A stretch of DNA of 64,000 nt, taken from IMG/VR virus record IMGVR_UViG_3300007735_000799, positions 32,001 to 96,000 of that record; one strand, 5' to 3'. Source of the DNA: a virus. The notes beneath the pieces were generated by a model, which ran no database searches, was not told where the DNA came from, and saw only the letters and a list, made by a program, of their open reading frames with translations. The position numbers were made by a program, and so were the translations under genes. Of the stretch, positions 9,768 through 18,214 are shown piece after piece. How positions within the stretch are numbered: the first letter of the stretch is position 1; each line of letters starts with the position of its first letter.

Positions 9768-10471
9768 TTTATACTCTCTATCATGCCTATCATATTATCT
9801 TCACAGTTTAATTTTATAATCAATCTTATTGGAATGTAAATCCAATCATTTTTCTTAATATCGTAGTATGAACGAAGTAAAAAAGAATCATATGCATTTA
9901 TTCCATGATAACGATCTATTAAAGGAGCCTCAACATGATCTTTGGTTACGGATGGAATTTTGTGTTTAATTTTTGCAGAAATCTTTTTACCATTCAAATC
10001 TTCGTACACAATATCAATATGGCTTGGTGATATTTTATTCAATGCTTTATCAATAAAATCACCCAAAACAACATCTGCTGCTCCGCTTAAATCAAAAATG
10101 TTTTGTACACCACTTTTAGTTTTTCCCCCGACAGCAACCTTTGAAGCAAAATAACTCTTTCTATCCTTAAGAAAGGCTTCTCTTAGTCCATTACACTCTT
10201 CAAGATATTCTTCATAATTGTATTTTTCGGTTATTGTTTCTGTTGAAGACGCTACCTTTTCTATGTCGTCATCAGAAAGTTTTGAAGAAAGATTTATAAG
10301 TTTTTGAAATGGATTGCTAGTATCGTTTTGATTCAGTTCTTGTATGATATTAAAACTAGAGTTTCCTACAGCGGTTTTATATTCCTCAATGAAATCAGAA
10401 ATTTTATATTTCTTATTCATTTCGTGGAGTGCTATACTCAAATCGTTTAAACTTTTGATCTTGTGATTCAT
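9764..10471 (-). CDS. AT-rich hypothetical protein inserted between gp44 and gp62
   Basis: Long ORF; start moved to MNHKIK just after gp44 stop. Confidence 0.6.
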   Translation of the reverse strand: MNHKIKSLNDLSIALHEMNKKYKISDFIEEYKTAVGNSSFNIIQELNQNDTSNPFQKLINLSSKLSDDDIEKVASSTETITEKYNYEEYLEECNGLREAFLKDRKSYFASKVAVGGKTKSGVQNIFDLSGAADVVLGDFIDKALNKISPSHIDIVYEDLNGKKISAKIKHKIPSVTKDHVEAPLIDRYHGINAYDSFLLRSYYDIKKNDWIYIPIRLIIKLNCEDNMIGMIESIK

Positions 10472-10475
10472 ATCA

Positions 10476-11408
10476 TTATTTATCAAAAGAGCAATCCGAG
10501 GCAAGCATCAAACAGCAAGCAACAAGGTTTAATTCTTGGTCAGCAACAAATGCCGCCTTGTATTGATACTCACTCAAGATGAGAATCGCTTGTGGGATAG
10601 AGCCAGGATTAACCTTGTCTTGCAGCCCATCATAGATTCTCCTAAATACAGAAGCGGGTTCTGCATCCGAATGTTCAGCAACCCACTTACGAATGTCAGC
10701 AAATGACTTCGCTTTCATCGCCTTTACAAGTTGGTCAATATCGACATCCTTGCCTGTGGCAAGAATGCTAGAATTAATCGCTCCTGTTACAGAGTGACGC
10801 TGTATGGTGTTGATGATTCTACGGAAATCAGGGAAGTAGCGAATGATGAGTTCAGCAACTGCTTTATCTTCATACTGAATCCCCTCAGCATCCATGATGT
10901 GCTTGGCTCGTTCAAGAAACTCGCCAGCCAACTTAGGCTTTTCCTTCACAGGAATCTTAAAGTCCACCACGGTGCAACGAGAGTGCAGCGGCTCAATAAT
11001 TCTAGCCTTGTAGTTGCAGGTCATAATAAATCTGCAATTACCTGCAAACTCTTCAATTGCACCACGCAGAGCAGGCTGAGTGGACTGTGGATTCAGATAG
11101 TCAGCCTCGTCAAGAATGATGACTTTCTTGCCGCCACTAAGTGAAACCGTTGAAGCAAAGTTCCGAACCTTGGTGCGTAGTGTATCAATACCGCCTTCTT
11201 CGCTAGCATTGATAAACATATAGTCCGCACCAAGTTCAGAACACATCGCTCGTGCAACCGTGGTTTTACCACAGCCTGCACCACCTGACAAAATCATGTT
11301 AGGGATTTCGCCAGTTTGAACGATGCCCTCAAAGGTAGACTTAATCGCCTTGGGCAAAACACAATCCGCAATCTTTTGCGGACGATACTTTTCAACCAAC
11401 GGCAACAT
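10476..11408 (-). CDS. gp44: clamp loader large subunit (AAA+)
   Basis: VEKYRP, GGAGCGKTT, ILDEAD, PLHSRC, FPDFRR; start at MLPLVEKYRP. Confidence 0.95.
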   Translation of the reverse strand: MLPLVEKYRPQKIADCVLPKAIKSTFEGIVQTGEIPNMILSGGAGCGKTTVARAMCSELGADYMFINASEEGGIDTLRTKVRNFASTVSLSGGKKVIILDEADYLNPQSTQPALRGAIEEFAGNCRFIMTCNYKARIIEPLHSRCTVVDFKIPVKEKPKLAGEFLERAKHIMDAEGIQYEDKAVAELIIRYFPDFRRIINTIQRHSVTGAINSSILATGKDVDIDQLVKAMKAKSFADIRKWVAEHSDAEPASVFRRIYDGLQDKVNPGSIPQAILILSEYQYKAAFVADQELNLVACCLMLASDCSFDK

Positions 11409-12117
11409 TGGACTTCTTCTTACTCTTTGTGAACTTGCTATCAGTCTCAAGAGAAATCCAATAAGTCATAGTACCATTCTTGTTTCTAAACTCCGATACC
11501 TTCTTATCAGAAACCTTGACTGTGTATGTTCCAGGAACCATTTTGAGATTTTCTGCCTTAAACATAAACTCAAATGAATCTGCACCATCATATTCACCAA
11601 CATCAATTGAATAGGTGTGTCCTGTGCTATCCTTACGATCAAACACATTCATTGTTAGGCGATTATTGTTATTGCGAAGAGCAAGATCAGGAGCAGCAAG
11701 CACAGCCGCAGCCTTCTGCAACTCTGTAAAATCCTTGGCATCAAGAGTAAAATCAACAACAGATTCTGGCATGGTGAAACTCTTTCCTCCACGAATGATT
11801 TCAAGAATCTGTCCGTCTAGCATTTCTGAGTTTGAATAATAATACCGAACCTTTGCTCGGCTACCATCAGAACTAATAATAACATAATTGTCTTCAAACT
11901 GAAAATGCGGATCCTTGAACATGCTCACCGTTGCCAGGAACTTGCTCAAATCCCATATACAAAACTCAATTGGAAAATCTTCGGCAACTTCAGCCTCAAC
12001 CATAATATTCTTGGTTGGGCTAATAGTCTTGATTGTGCTCCCCGACAGAACAATCAGGTTGCTGTTAATGGTACTGAAGTTCTTCAGAACTGTCAAAGTG
12101 TCTTGTGAAATCTTCAT
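11392..12117 (-). CDS. gp45: sliding clamp
   Basis: MKISQDTLTVLKNFSTINSNL...IWDLSKFL...YWISLE; canonical position before gp44. Confidence 0.93.
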   Translation of the reverse strand: MKISQDTLTVLKNFSTINSNLIVLSGSTIKTISPTKNIMVEAEVAEDFPIEFCIWDLSKFLATVSMFKDPHFQFEDNYVIISSDGSRAKVRYYYSNSEMLDGQILEIIRGGKSFTMPESVVDFTLDAKDFTELQKAAAVLAAPDLALRNNNNRLTMNVFDRKDSTGHTYSIDVGEYDGADSFEFMFKAENLKMVPGTYTVKVSDKKVSEFRNKNGTMTYWISLETDSKFTKSKKKSNVAVG

Positions 12118-12143
12118 AATATATCTCCTTCAAAGATTGTGGT

Positions 12144-12171
12144 ATCATACCACGAAACATAGTAAAGTCAA
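12144..12171 (-). promoter_or_regulatory. sigma70-type promoter for gp45 operon
   Basis: TTGACT-16 nt-TATGAT. Confidence 0.55.
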
Positions 12172-13046
12172 GCACTAGGAGGAAGTAATTCGGAATGATT
12201 GTGTCTCACAAGAGTCTCTAGTAAAAATGCTGTTGGTACACAATAGATTTGCATGTTTCTGCAATTTAAAATTACCACCACACCAATACACTCTCCTGTA
12301 TCTGCACGATACATTCCACCGCCTGAGGAGCCGGGTGCACCATCAGCATCTGTCTGATAGAAGAATGGCAGATGACTTGACAGCGAACTCCGACTCCTGT
12401 TGTTGTTTCCGATTATGCCCCGAGTAATAGTCATGGTATCCATTGAAGGATTTCCCATCAGATAAACAGGTGTTCCAAGTTTCGGGGTGTTGTAATTGAA
12501 TATACATCCTTTCACTAATGGTGTCAAGGGTTTTGTATTTTCAACTTCTAGAATTGCTAAATCGTATTCAGGGTCAACGAATGCCAATTTGCACTTTTCA
12601 GTTGTAATGGGAGACTCTAATTCTCCATCAAAGAGTGTAACCGCAATCTCTTTTGTTCCCCAAGTTTTATCCACAGGTTTTGTAGGTTCAATTGGGCATA
12701 AAGAGTCTTGAGCATTAGGAATAAAATCTATCTCTACAAAGTTGCGTGGTGTAAACCACGGCTTATGCTCTTTGATTGTGTTTTCGTCTTCAACCACATG
12801 TGCTGCTGTTAGCACATACAACTTACCGTTCTTGCGATATGCAATGCCAGAACCAAGAGGTGTGCCGTCGTAGTGTACGACAGCATTTGCACCAACGACC
12901 CCTTCAACCACCTGTTGGTTGTAACCGTTGCAATCGCAATTTGCTGATGACTGACAGGAAACTGTTCCTGCGGTAAGCACGCCTGCGAGCGTGAGTAGCA
13001 CGCCCGCCATGACCAAATTACTCGGTCTACGCATACGCGGCTCCAA
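12168..13046 (-). CDS. trypsin-like serine protease with N-terminal signal/anchor
   Basis: LTAAHV, YDLAIL, GSSGGG catalytic triad motifs; hydrophobic N-terminus followed by CQSSANCDC. Confidence 0.88.
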   Translation of the reverse strand: MEPRMRRPSNLVMAGVLLTLAGVLTAGTVSCQSSANCDCNGYNQQVVEGVVGANAVVHYDGTPLGSGIAYRKNGKLYVLTAAHVVEDENTIKEHKPWFTPRNFVEIDFIPNAQDSLCPIEPTKPVDKTWGTKEIAVTLFDGELESPITTEKCKLAFVDPEYDLAILEVENTKPLTPLVKGCIFNYNTPKLGTPVYLMGNPSMDTMTITRGIIGNNNRSRSSLSSHLPFFYQTDADGAPGSSGGGMYRADTGECIGVVVILNCRNMQIYCVPTAFLLETLVRHNHSELLPPSA

Positions 13047-13104
13047 TCTGTCCTTGTAGGACGGACAGTTTTACCCAAATCTATCCTTCTGAGAAGGACA
13101 GATA

Positions 13105-13112
13105 TATTTATA
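13105..13112 (-). promoter_or_regulatory. T4-type late promoter
   Basis: Exact TATAAATA upstream of the protease gene. Confidence 0.6.
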
Positions 13113-13115
13113 AAA

Positions 13116-13736
13116 TCAATGCTTTTGATTTTTTAAATCGTAGTAGTAACTGTCATCATCGCAGTCAATAACCCAACGGTCGCTGCTTCCCTCGCATCGG
13201 AAAATCTTGTCATCAACCTTGTAGTCAGGCTTCTCGGGGAACGGCTTGGTTACAAACGACATGTGCTTCCAATAGATTCTATTGTTTGGCTGTAGAGCAA
13301 AACACCCGTTATCCAAACGAATCATATGCAAGCACTTGTATTGCGTTGGCTCATCGCTGTATGCGTTGTTATACCAATCAAAAGTCATCATGTAATCCCC
13401 CCAATAGCCTTTACCGTCTTTCAAGATAACCTTGCAACGAGATCCACGAAGAGTTTCGTATGTGGTTACAGTTGAATTGACGGAGAAGCAATCCCACAAC
13501 TGAAGATGGTCTAGTGGGATCTCGGGCGCGTCTTCACGGTGGCAAAGCATGTGAACAGGAACGCGACTGCGAACCAATCCGTTATCGGTTAACACATGAA
13601 ACAGAATTGCTCGCTCAGGATTGGATTGAGCACCAAACACCATAACTTTATCAAACTCGCCTTTGTGAGTTTTATGCTGGTACATATGCTCGCGGCGAAG
13701 CAAGCAAAAAAAGTTTGGTATGTTTAGGTTTAGCAT
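13116..13736 (-). CDS. conserved phage hypothetical protein
   Basis: LNLNIP...HLQLWDCFS...QPNNRI motif recalled from T4-like aquatic phages; start moved out of tRNA-Thr. Confidence 0.65.
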   Translation of the reverse strand: MLNLNIPNFFCLLRREHMYQHKTHKGEFDKVMVFGAQSNPERAILFHVLTDNGLVRSRVPVHMLCHREDAPEIPLDHLQLWDCFSVNSTVTTYETLRGSRCKVILKDGKGYWGDYMMTFDWYNNAYSDEPTQYKCLHMIRLDNGCFALQPNNRIYWKHMSFVTKPFPEKPDYKVDDKIFRCEGSSDRWVIDCDDDSYYYDLKNQKH

Positions 13737-13739
13737 TAA

Positions 13740-13811
13740 AGCCATCTGTGGGATTCGAACCCACGACCTCCAGATTACAAATCAGGTGCACTACCACTGT
13801 GCTAAGATGGC
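13740..13811 (-). tRNA. tRNA-Thr(TGT)
   Basis: Cloverleaf GCCATCT/AGATGGC, loop TTTGTAA, GTTCGAATC. Confidence 0.9.
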
Positions 13812-13816
13812 GAAAG

Positions 13817-13889
13817 TAGTCCCTATAGGATTCGAACCTACAACTTCTTCCGTGTAAAGGAAGCACTCTAGCCGTTGAGTTAAGGGACT
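13817..13889 (-). tRNA. tRNA-Val(TAC)
   Basis: AGTCCCT/AGGGACT, CTTCC-TTTACAC-GGAAG. Confidence 0.93.
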
Positions 13890-13894
13890 ATTAG

Positions 13895-13976
13895 TGTCGG
13901 TGGAGGGAGTCGAACCCACACGCCTTGCGGCAAAAGAACCTAAATCTTTCGTGTATGCCAATTTCACCACACCGAC
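13895..13976 (-). tRNA. tRNA-Leu(TAG)
   Basis: GTCGGTG/CACCGAC, AAAGA-TTTAGGT-TCTTT, long variable arm. Confidence 0.93.
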
Positions 13977-13982
13977 TATTTG

Positions 13983-14516
13983 TTACTTCTTGACCTTGGT
14001 TTTCTTTGCCTTCTTTGCTAAAGACTTCTTAACCTTGGCAACCATTTCCTTTAGTTCCGGCGGAGACATGGCATTAGTTTCCAAGAGAGCGGCTACACGA
14101 GCATCTTCCTCTTTCTCTGCCTGTGTCTCTAGGGTCTTTTCTTCGCCATCAAGTTCCTTGCAGTATTCCACAAGTGCGGCTTGACACGCTGCTTCGCTAA
14201 CAAAAGGCCCATGAAACTTTGCCCATGTTTCATCCCAAAAAATCCAACCGCCGTGCTTGGGAGAATACTCTACAGGATCGTGGCGACCAATAGCAATAAA
14301 GTTTTTCTCGGCTGCTTTAGGCTTGCCCCATTCGCACATCACCTTCTCGTTGTTCTTTATCCACATCTCAACATCAAAGTCAAACGGATAGTGCTTCAGC
14401 AAATCACGAGCAGTCTTGCGAATTGCGTCCTTGCCCATCTTGGTGTTGCTCATAAGTTCCTTCAGAAACTCTGAAGTCTTCACAACAGCCCGATAAGATT
14501 CATATGGTAGCGTCAT
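13983..14516 (-). CDS. hypothetical protein
   Basis: ORF with GGAG RBS before MTLPYES; basic C-terminus. Confidence 0.6.
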   Translation of the reverse strand: MTLPYESYRAVVKTSEFLKELMSNTKMGKDAIRKTARDLLKHYPFDFDVEMWIKNNEKVMCEWGKPKAAEKNFIAIGRHDPVEYSPKHGGWIFWDETWAKFHGPFVSEAACQAALVEYCKELDGEEKTLETQAEKEEDARVAALLETNAMSPPELKEMVAKVKKSLAKKAKKTKVKK

Positions 14517-14697
14517 TGTATAGTTTCTCCTTCCTACGAGACTGTCGCTCGTAGGCTTTGAATAGTCCTTCACTAAATCCTGCATGCTTGCCGTGACCGT
14601 ATCCTTGAGAATACGCCCAAGTATATAACTTTATTTGTGAAGCGGCGAGAGCAGAAATTCCCGAAATGATGAAAAAGATTGTTGCTATGGTTTCCAT
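14500..14697 (-). CDS. small membrane protein
   Basis: METIATIFFIISGISALAA hydrophobic start then YSQGYGHG; internal start of track ORF 14500..14850. Confidence 0.5.
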   Translation of the reverse strand: METIATIFFIISGISALAASQIKLYTWAYSQGYGHGKHAGFSEGLFKAYERQSRRKEKLYNDATI

Positions 14698-14733
14698 ATC
14701 AGTAATTAGTTTAAAACACAATCTGAACAAAAG

Positions 14734-14819
14734 TGCGAGAGGTGGGATTCGAACCCACACGCCTTTAGAGGGCAGCGGATTTTGAATCCGCCGTGTATGC
14801 CAATTCCAGCCACTCTCGC
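14734..14819 (-). tRNA. tRNA-Leu(CAA)
   Basis: GCGAGAG/CTCTCGC, GCGGA-TTCAAAA-TCCGC, long variable arm. Confidence 0.93.
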
Positions 14820-14825
14820 AAACAG

Positions 14826-14898
14826 TAGGATCGGTGGGATTCGAACCCACACTTTACGGATTTTAAATCCGTTGACTCTGCCGTTGGTCTACGATCCC
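14826..14898 (-). tRNA. tRNA-Leu(TAA), short variable loop
   Basis: GGGATCG/CGATCCT, ACGGA-TTTAAAA-TCCGT, variable region only AAAG. Confidence 0.8.
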
Positions 14899-14899
14899 A

Positions 14900-15805
14900 T
14901 TACTTTCGGACATTCGGATATTTTGTTAAAAAGTCCTCAATAGTTTTCTTTAGACCAGTCTTCAAGTCAGTAAATTTAAAATCAGGGAAGTAAGTAGTGA
15001 ACAAGGTATTGTTTGTTGGCTTTCTTATTATACCTTCAGGCTTGGTTTTGTCAAACACTAATTCGCCAGAAAAGCCAAGTTCAGAAATTATAATTTCAAC
15101 CGCTTCACGAATGCTCCACTCTTTACCTGGAGAAACAATCATCATATCAGGAGTTGAGCGTTCATCAACATGAATCATTTGTAAAATTCTACCAAGGTCT
15201 TGGGAAAATACAAATTCACGAAGAGCCTTGCCTTCACCCCAAACGGTAAAAGGTTGATTATTAATCTTTGAAAGATAGCAACGATGAATAAGACTTGGAA
15301 GAACATGACCGTTTTCCATATCGTAATTATCATTTACTCCGTAAAGATTGCAGGGAATAATACACTTTGCATTAACCATGTATTGTTCTCGCAAACTTCT
15401 TGCTCCCACTTCTAAAATTCGCTTTGCGTAAGCGTATCCGTAATTTGTGGGATGTGGTTCGCCGTTGTGAATCTGATCTTCGGTTAGTGGATAATGAGCA
15501 AACTCAGGAAAGATACAAGTAGACAACAAAAAGGTTGCTCGGTTAACTTCTCTACAAGCCTTGATGATGTTTGCATTGATAGTTAGATTCTCAACAAGAA
15601 AATCGTTGATGAACTGCTTGTTGGATTTAACTCCACCAACTTTTCCTGCACAATGAACAACATCTGTAATCTTGTGGTCACGAATGTAACTAATCAGTTG
15701 TTCATAGTTGGTTAGATTAACTTCTTTGCGAGTCGGCTTAAGACCAAAAGGAACTGAGGTTCCTACAAGTCCTGCTCCACCTGTGATTAGATAACGCTTT
15801 TCCAT
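14900..15805 (-). CDS. fcl: GDP-L-fucose synthase
   Basis: ITGGAGLVG, HCAGKVGGV, LSTCIFP, YGYAYAKR, PCNLYG, WGEGKALREF. Confidence 0.9.
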   Translation of the reverse strand: MEKRYLITGGAGLVGTSVPFGLKPTRKEVNLTNYEQLISYIRDHKITDVVHCAGKVGGVKSNKQFINDFLVENLTINANIIKACREVNRATFLLSTCIFPEFAHYPLTEDQIHNGEPHPTNYGYAYAKRILEVGARSLREQYMVNAKCIIPCNLYGVNDNYDMENGHVLPSLIHRCYLSKINNQPFTVWGEGKALREFVFSQDLGRILQMIHVDERSTPDMMIVSPGKEWSIREAVEIIISELGFSGELVFDKTKPEGIIRKPTNNTLFTTYFPDFKFTDLKTGLKKTIEDFLTKYPNVRK

Positions 15806-15812
15806 ATTTAAA

Positions 15813-15884
15813 CTGGCTCGGCTGGATTCGAACCAGCAACCTATCCGTTAACAGCGGATCGCACTACCGTTGTGCTACGAGCCA
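15813..15884 (-). tRNA. tRNA-Asn(GTT)
   Basis: TGGCTCG/CGAGCCA, ATCCG-CTGTTAA-CGGAT, G73. Confidence 0.93.
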
Positions 15885-15889
15885 CCTTT

Positions 15890-16054
15890 TTAGATTTGCT
15901 TTTCCCGCTTAATCCAAAGCGGAAGAATGCCACGATCTTCTAGTTTACGAAGAGTTTCCTTCTTCGCATTCAGCAGAAGTTCCTGACGACGAATCCTACG
16001 AGATTCATAACGACGCTTACGGCGTCTGCGAAGTTCTCTCATCTTGTCTATCAT
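15890..16054 (-). CDS. 54-aa arginine-rich basic protein (not in ORF track)
   Basis: MIDKMRELRRRRKRRYESRRIRRQELLLNAKKETLRKLEDRGILPLWIKREKQI fills gap between ORF and tRNA. Confidence 0.55.
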   Translation of the reverse strand: MIDKMRELRRRRKRRYESRRIRRQELLLNAKKETLRKLEDRGILPLWIKREKQI

Positions 16055-16652
16055 TGTTTAAACCTTTCTTCTTCATAAGATGCTTCACCCAAATTTCAGT
16101 CACAGTCATTGGATGATGAAATTCCTCAAACTTGAAACCGCTAATTGGTTCCTTGTTCTTGGTCTTGAGTGCAGTATAGATGCCGTTCAATCGGTTAGGC
16201 TTGAATTCACCAACAGGTTCTTCCTTGCCGAGACCAGGCCATGCTTCTGCTTTGGTTCCAATTACTAAACCTTGTGGTGATGCGGGCGACTTGAAGAATA
16301 TGGCATCCTGCTCATACTTCGCACCCATCTTCTTGGCAAAGCCCTTGATGGCTCCGCTCTTTGTAGCACTATCATCATCACCTATAATCATAAACGACTC
16401 TTCGGTAACACGACGCTTCTTGCCGTCACCAAGATCTTCTTCGTAAGTGCCAATCACTTTCTCAAAACCAAAACCTGCCGCACGAATATCGTTTTCCAAC
16501 TTCTTGTTGAGTCCACGATTCACCGACAGCGAATTGCTACCACGGAATGCGGTAAGCAAAGCAAACGGTCGCTTCTCAACATGTGAGAACACGCGAGACA
16601 GCGAGATTTCTGTAATCAATTCTTTGCGATAGGTTTCAATTTCTTCAGACAT
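16017..16652 (-). CDS. conserved T4-like phage protein, possible internal head protein
   Basis: LITE-ISLSR start then LLTAFRG...N..LN..L..DIR..GFG...G.YEE...EESF. Confidence 0.65.
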   Translation of the reverse strand: MSEEIETYRKELITEISLSRVFSHVEKRPFALLTAFRGSNSLSVNRGLNKKLENDIRAAGFGFEKVIGTYEEDLGDGKKRRVTEESFMIIGDDDSATKSGAIKGFAKKMGAKYEQDAIFFKSPASPQGLVIGTKAEAWPGLGKEEPVGEFKPNRLNGIYTALKTKNKEPISGFKFEEFHHPMTVTEIWVKHLMKKKGLNNDRQDERTSQTP

Positions 16653-16830
16653 TTGTGGCTCCCCTGATTTCTTCTGTGGACTGCTTTAACTCCAAGTAAA
16701 CTTTTCGTATCTCTTCAAACGCTTGCCCTGCCGTAAACTTTCCGTTCAGTTCCCATTCAACAATACGAGCAGCGCGTCTAGCAAATTCTCCAATGTTCGC
16801 ATGTGCTGCGAAGTCTTCAATATCCATCAT
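16645..16830 (-). CDS. hypothetical protein
   Basis: Internal start MMDIEDF of track ORF 16645..16959. Confidence 0.45.
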   Translation of the reverse strand: MMDIEDFAAHANIGEFARRAARIVEWELNGKFTAGQAFEEIRKVYLELKQSTEEIRGATNV

Positions 16831-16900
16831 CTTTCTCCGAATGCGACCCGTCAAACAACACGACGGCTCTGGTAAGTAAGGTATAGTGTTTAGTATACCG

Positions 16901-17035
16901 TCACTTTCCCTTCGGTGCAATTTTTTTATTTGCTTTCTTCTTTTTCTTAAAAATTGCATCCCAATTCTTTGACCATAGATCGTAATCTACCTTACGGTAT
17001 CTATCTCCCTTACCTGCTGCGTGCTTGCCGCTCAT
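16901..17035 (-). CDS. 44-aa conserved small phage protein (not in ORF track)
   Basis: MSGKHAAGKGDRYRKVDYDLWSKNWDAIFKKKKK; GKGD..R.V..NWD.IF motif recalled from aquatic T4-like phages. Confidence 0.6.
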   Translation of the reverse strand: MSGKHAAGKGDRYRKVDYDLWSKNWDAIFKKKKKANKKIAPKGK

Positions 17036-18033
17036 AACGCCTCCTGGTGGGCTGAGAAGGTTATGCTGTGGATGTTTGACCCATCATCTTGGGCTTCTCC
17101 CATAGCATCAATTATAAAAACCTTCATCTCTCCCAAATCTTTAAAATTGTGTAGAGTTCCCTTGTGATAAACTTTAAAAAATCCCACCTTTTCCAAAACA
17201 TCGCACTTGTTGATAATAAGTTCTGTGCAACCAGACAGAGTTATAGATTGAATCAGTTTATCAAGATTCAACCAATTTACCAAACGCTTTCTGCCGGTTG
17301 TGGTTCCGAACTCACCGCCTGCTTGCAGTACAGCATCAAGTTCCTTGTCATCCCACAGCGATGATGGAAACAGGGGATCGGTTCCACTCTTGGTATCGTA
17401 AATCTTAGCCACACCAATCAGTCTACTAATCTTATGTGGTGAGAAGCCAAGAGAACAAGCACCGTAAGGCATGGTTGTGCTGCTTGTGACATACGGATAA
17501 TCTCCGTGGTCAATATCTAACCAAACGCTCTGTGCTCCTTCGCACAAAATCTTTCCGCGCAACTCATCCTTCAGCAACCATTGCGAATCAAAAACATCCT
17601 TGGCTTGTTTGCCACGACGCAACATCTTGTCGGAATAGCATGGAGCAATGCCTTGCTTGGTTGTGCCAAGATAACCAAGATGCTTGGTATCGTATTCAAT
17701 ATGCTCAGGTGTAATAATATGAGCGTTCGGATGAATCTTAATGAGCGAAGTGTTAAAGCCTTCGCTGCGAAGATACCGAATCTCTTCAAAGAACTTATCA
17801 GGATTGATTACACAACCTGGCCCAATCACACATTGCTTGTCAGCAAAGATGCCAGACGGAACAAGATGAGTCTTGTATCGCTTGCCGTTTCGGTAAACAG
17901 TATGCCCCGCGTTTGGGCCACCGTTCCAACGACACACGCAATCATACTTTTCGGCAAGAGCATTGGCAATCTTGCCTTTGCCTTCGTCGCCCCAAGCAAG
18001 ACCGTAAATCACATCCGCATAATCAATCATCAT
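17032..18033 (-). CDS. purA: adenylosuccinate synthetase, short form
   Basis: AWGDEGKGK, GGPNAGHT, EGAQ..LDIDHGDYPYVTSS, EFGTTTGRKR; start set at MMIDY after tRNA-Pro. Confidence 0.92.
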   Translation of the reverse strand: MMIDYADVIYGLAWGDEGKGKIANALAEKYDCVCRWNGGPNAGHTVYRNGKRYKTHLVPSGIFADKQCVIGPGCVINPDKFFEEIRYLRSEGFNTSLIKIHPNAHIITPEHIEYDTKHLGYLGTTKQGIAPCYSDKMLRRGKQAKDVFDSQWLLKDELRGKILCEGAQSVWLDIDHGDYPYVTSSTTMPYGACSLGFSPHKISRLIGVAKIYDTKSGTDPLFPSSLWDDKELDAVLQAGGEFGTTTGRKRLVNWLNLDKLIQSITLSGCTELIINKCDVLEKVGFFKVYHKGTLHNFKDLGEMKVFIIDAMGEAQDDGSNIHSITFSAHQEAL

Positions 18034-18043
18034 AAATCTCCAG

Positions 18044-18117
18044 TCGGAGAAACAGGATTTGAACCTGCAACCTCTTGCACCCAAAGCAAGCGCACTACCA
18101 AGTTGTGCTACTCTCCG
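18044..18117 (-). tRNA. tRNA-Pro(TGG)
   Basis: CGGAGAG/TTCTCCG, CTTGC-TTTGGGT-GCAAG. Confidence 0.93.
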
Positions 18118-18121
18118 AGAA

Positions 18122-18193
18122 AGCGGGTAGAGGGATTCGAACCCTCGGCAATTGGTTTGGAAAACCAACACTCTACCACTGAGTTATACCCGC
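18122..18193 (-). tRNA. tRNA-Gly(TCC)
   Basis: GCGGGTA/TACCCGC, TTGGT-TTTCCAA-ACCAA. Confidence 0.93.
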
Positions 18194-18214
18194 GAAAAGT
18201 CCGAGCCATTATAG

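Noticed and set aside
15890-16054. Ribosomal protein bS21
   Set aside because: Basic and similar in size but lacks the N-terminal beta-strand and ALRRFK...YEKPS pattern
17032-18033. PurZ / 2-aminoadenine (Z-genome) system
   Set aside because: Catalytic Asp is retained (GDEGKG) and the loop is GTTTGRKR as in PurA; PurZ has Ser at that Asp
18034-18171. N-terminal extension of purA in the ORF track
   Set aside because: Reads through tRNA-Pro and tRNA-Gly; real start is MMIDY at 18033
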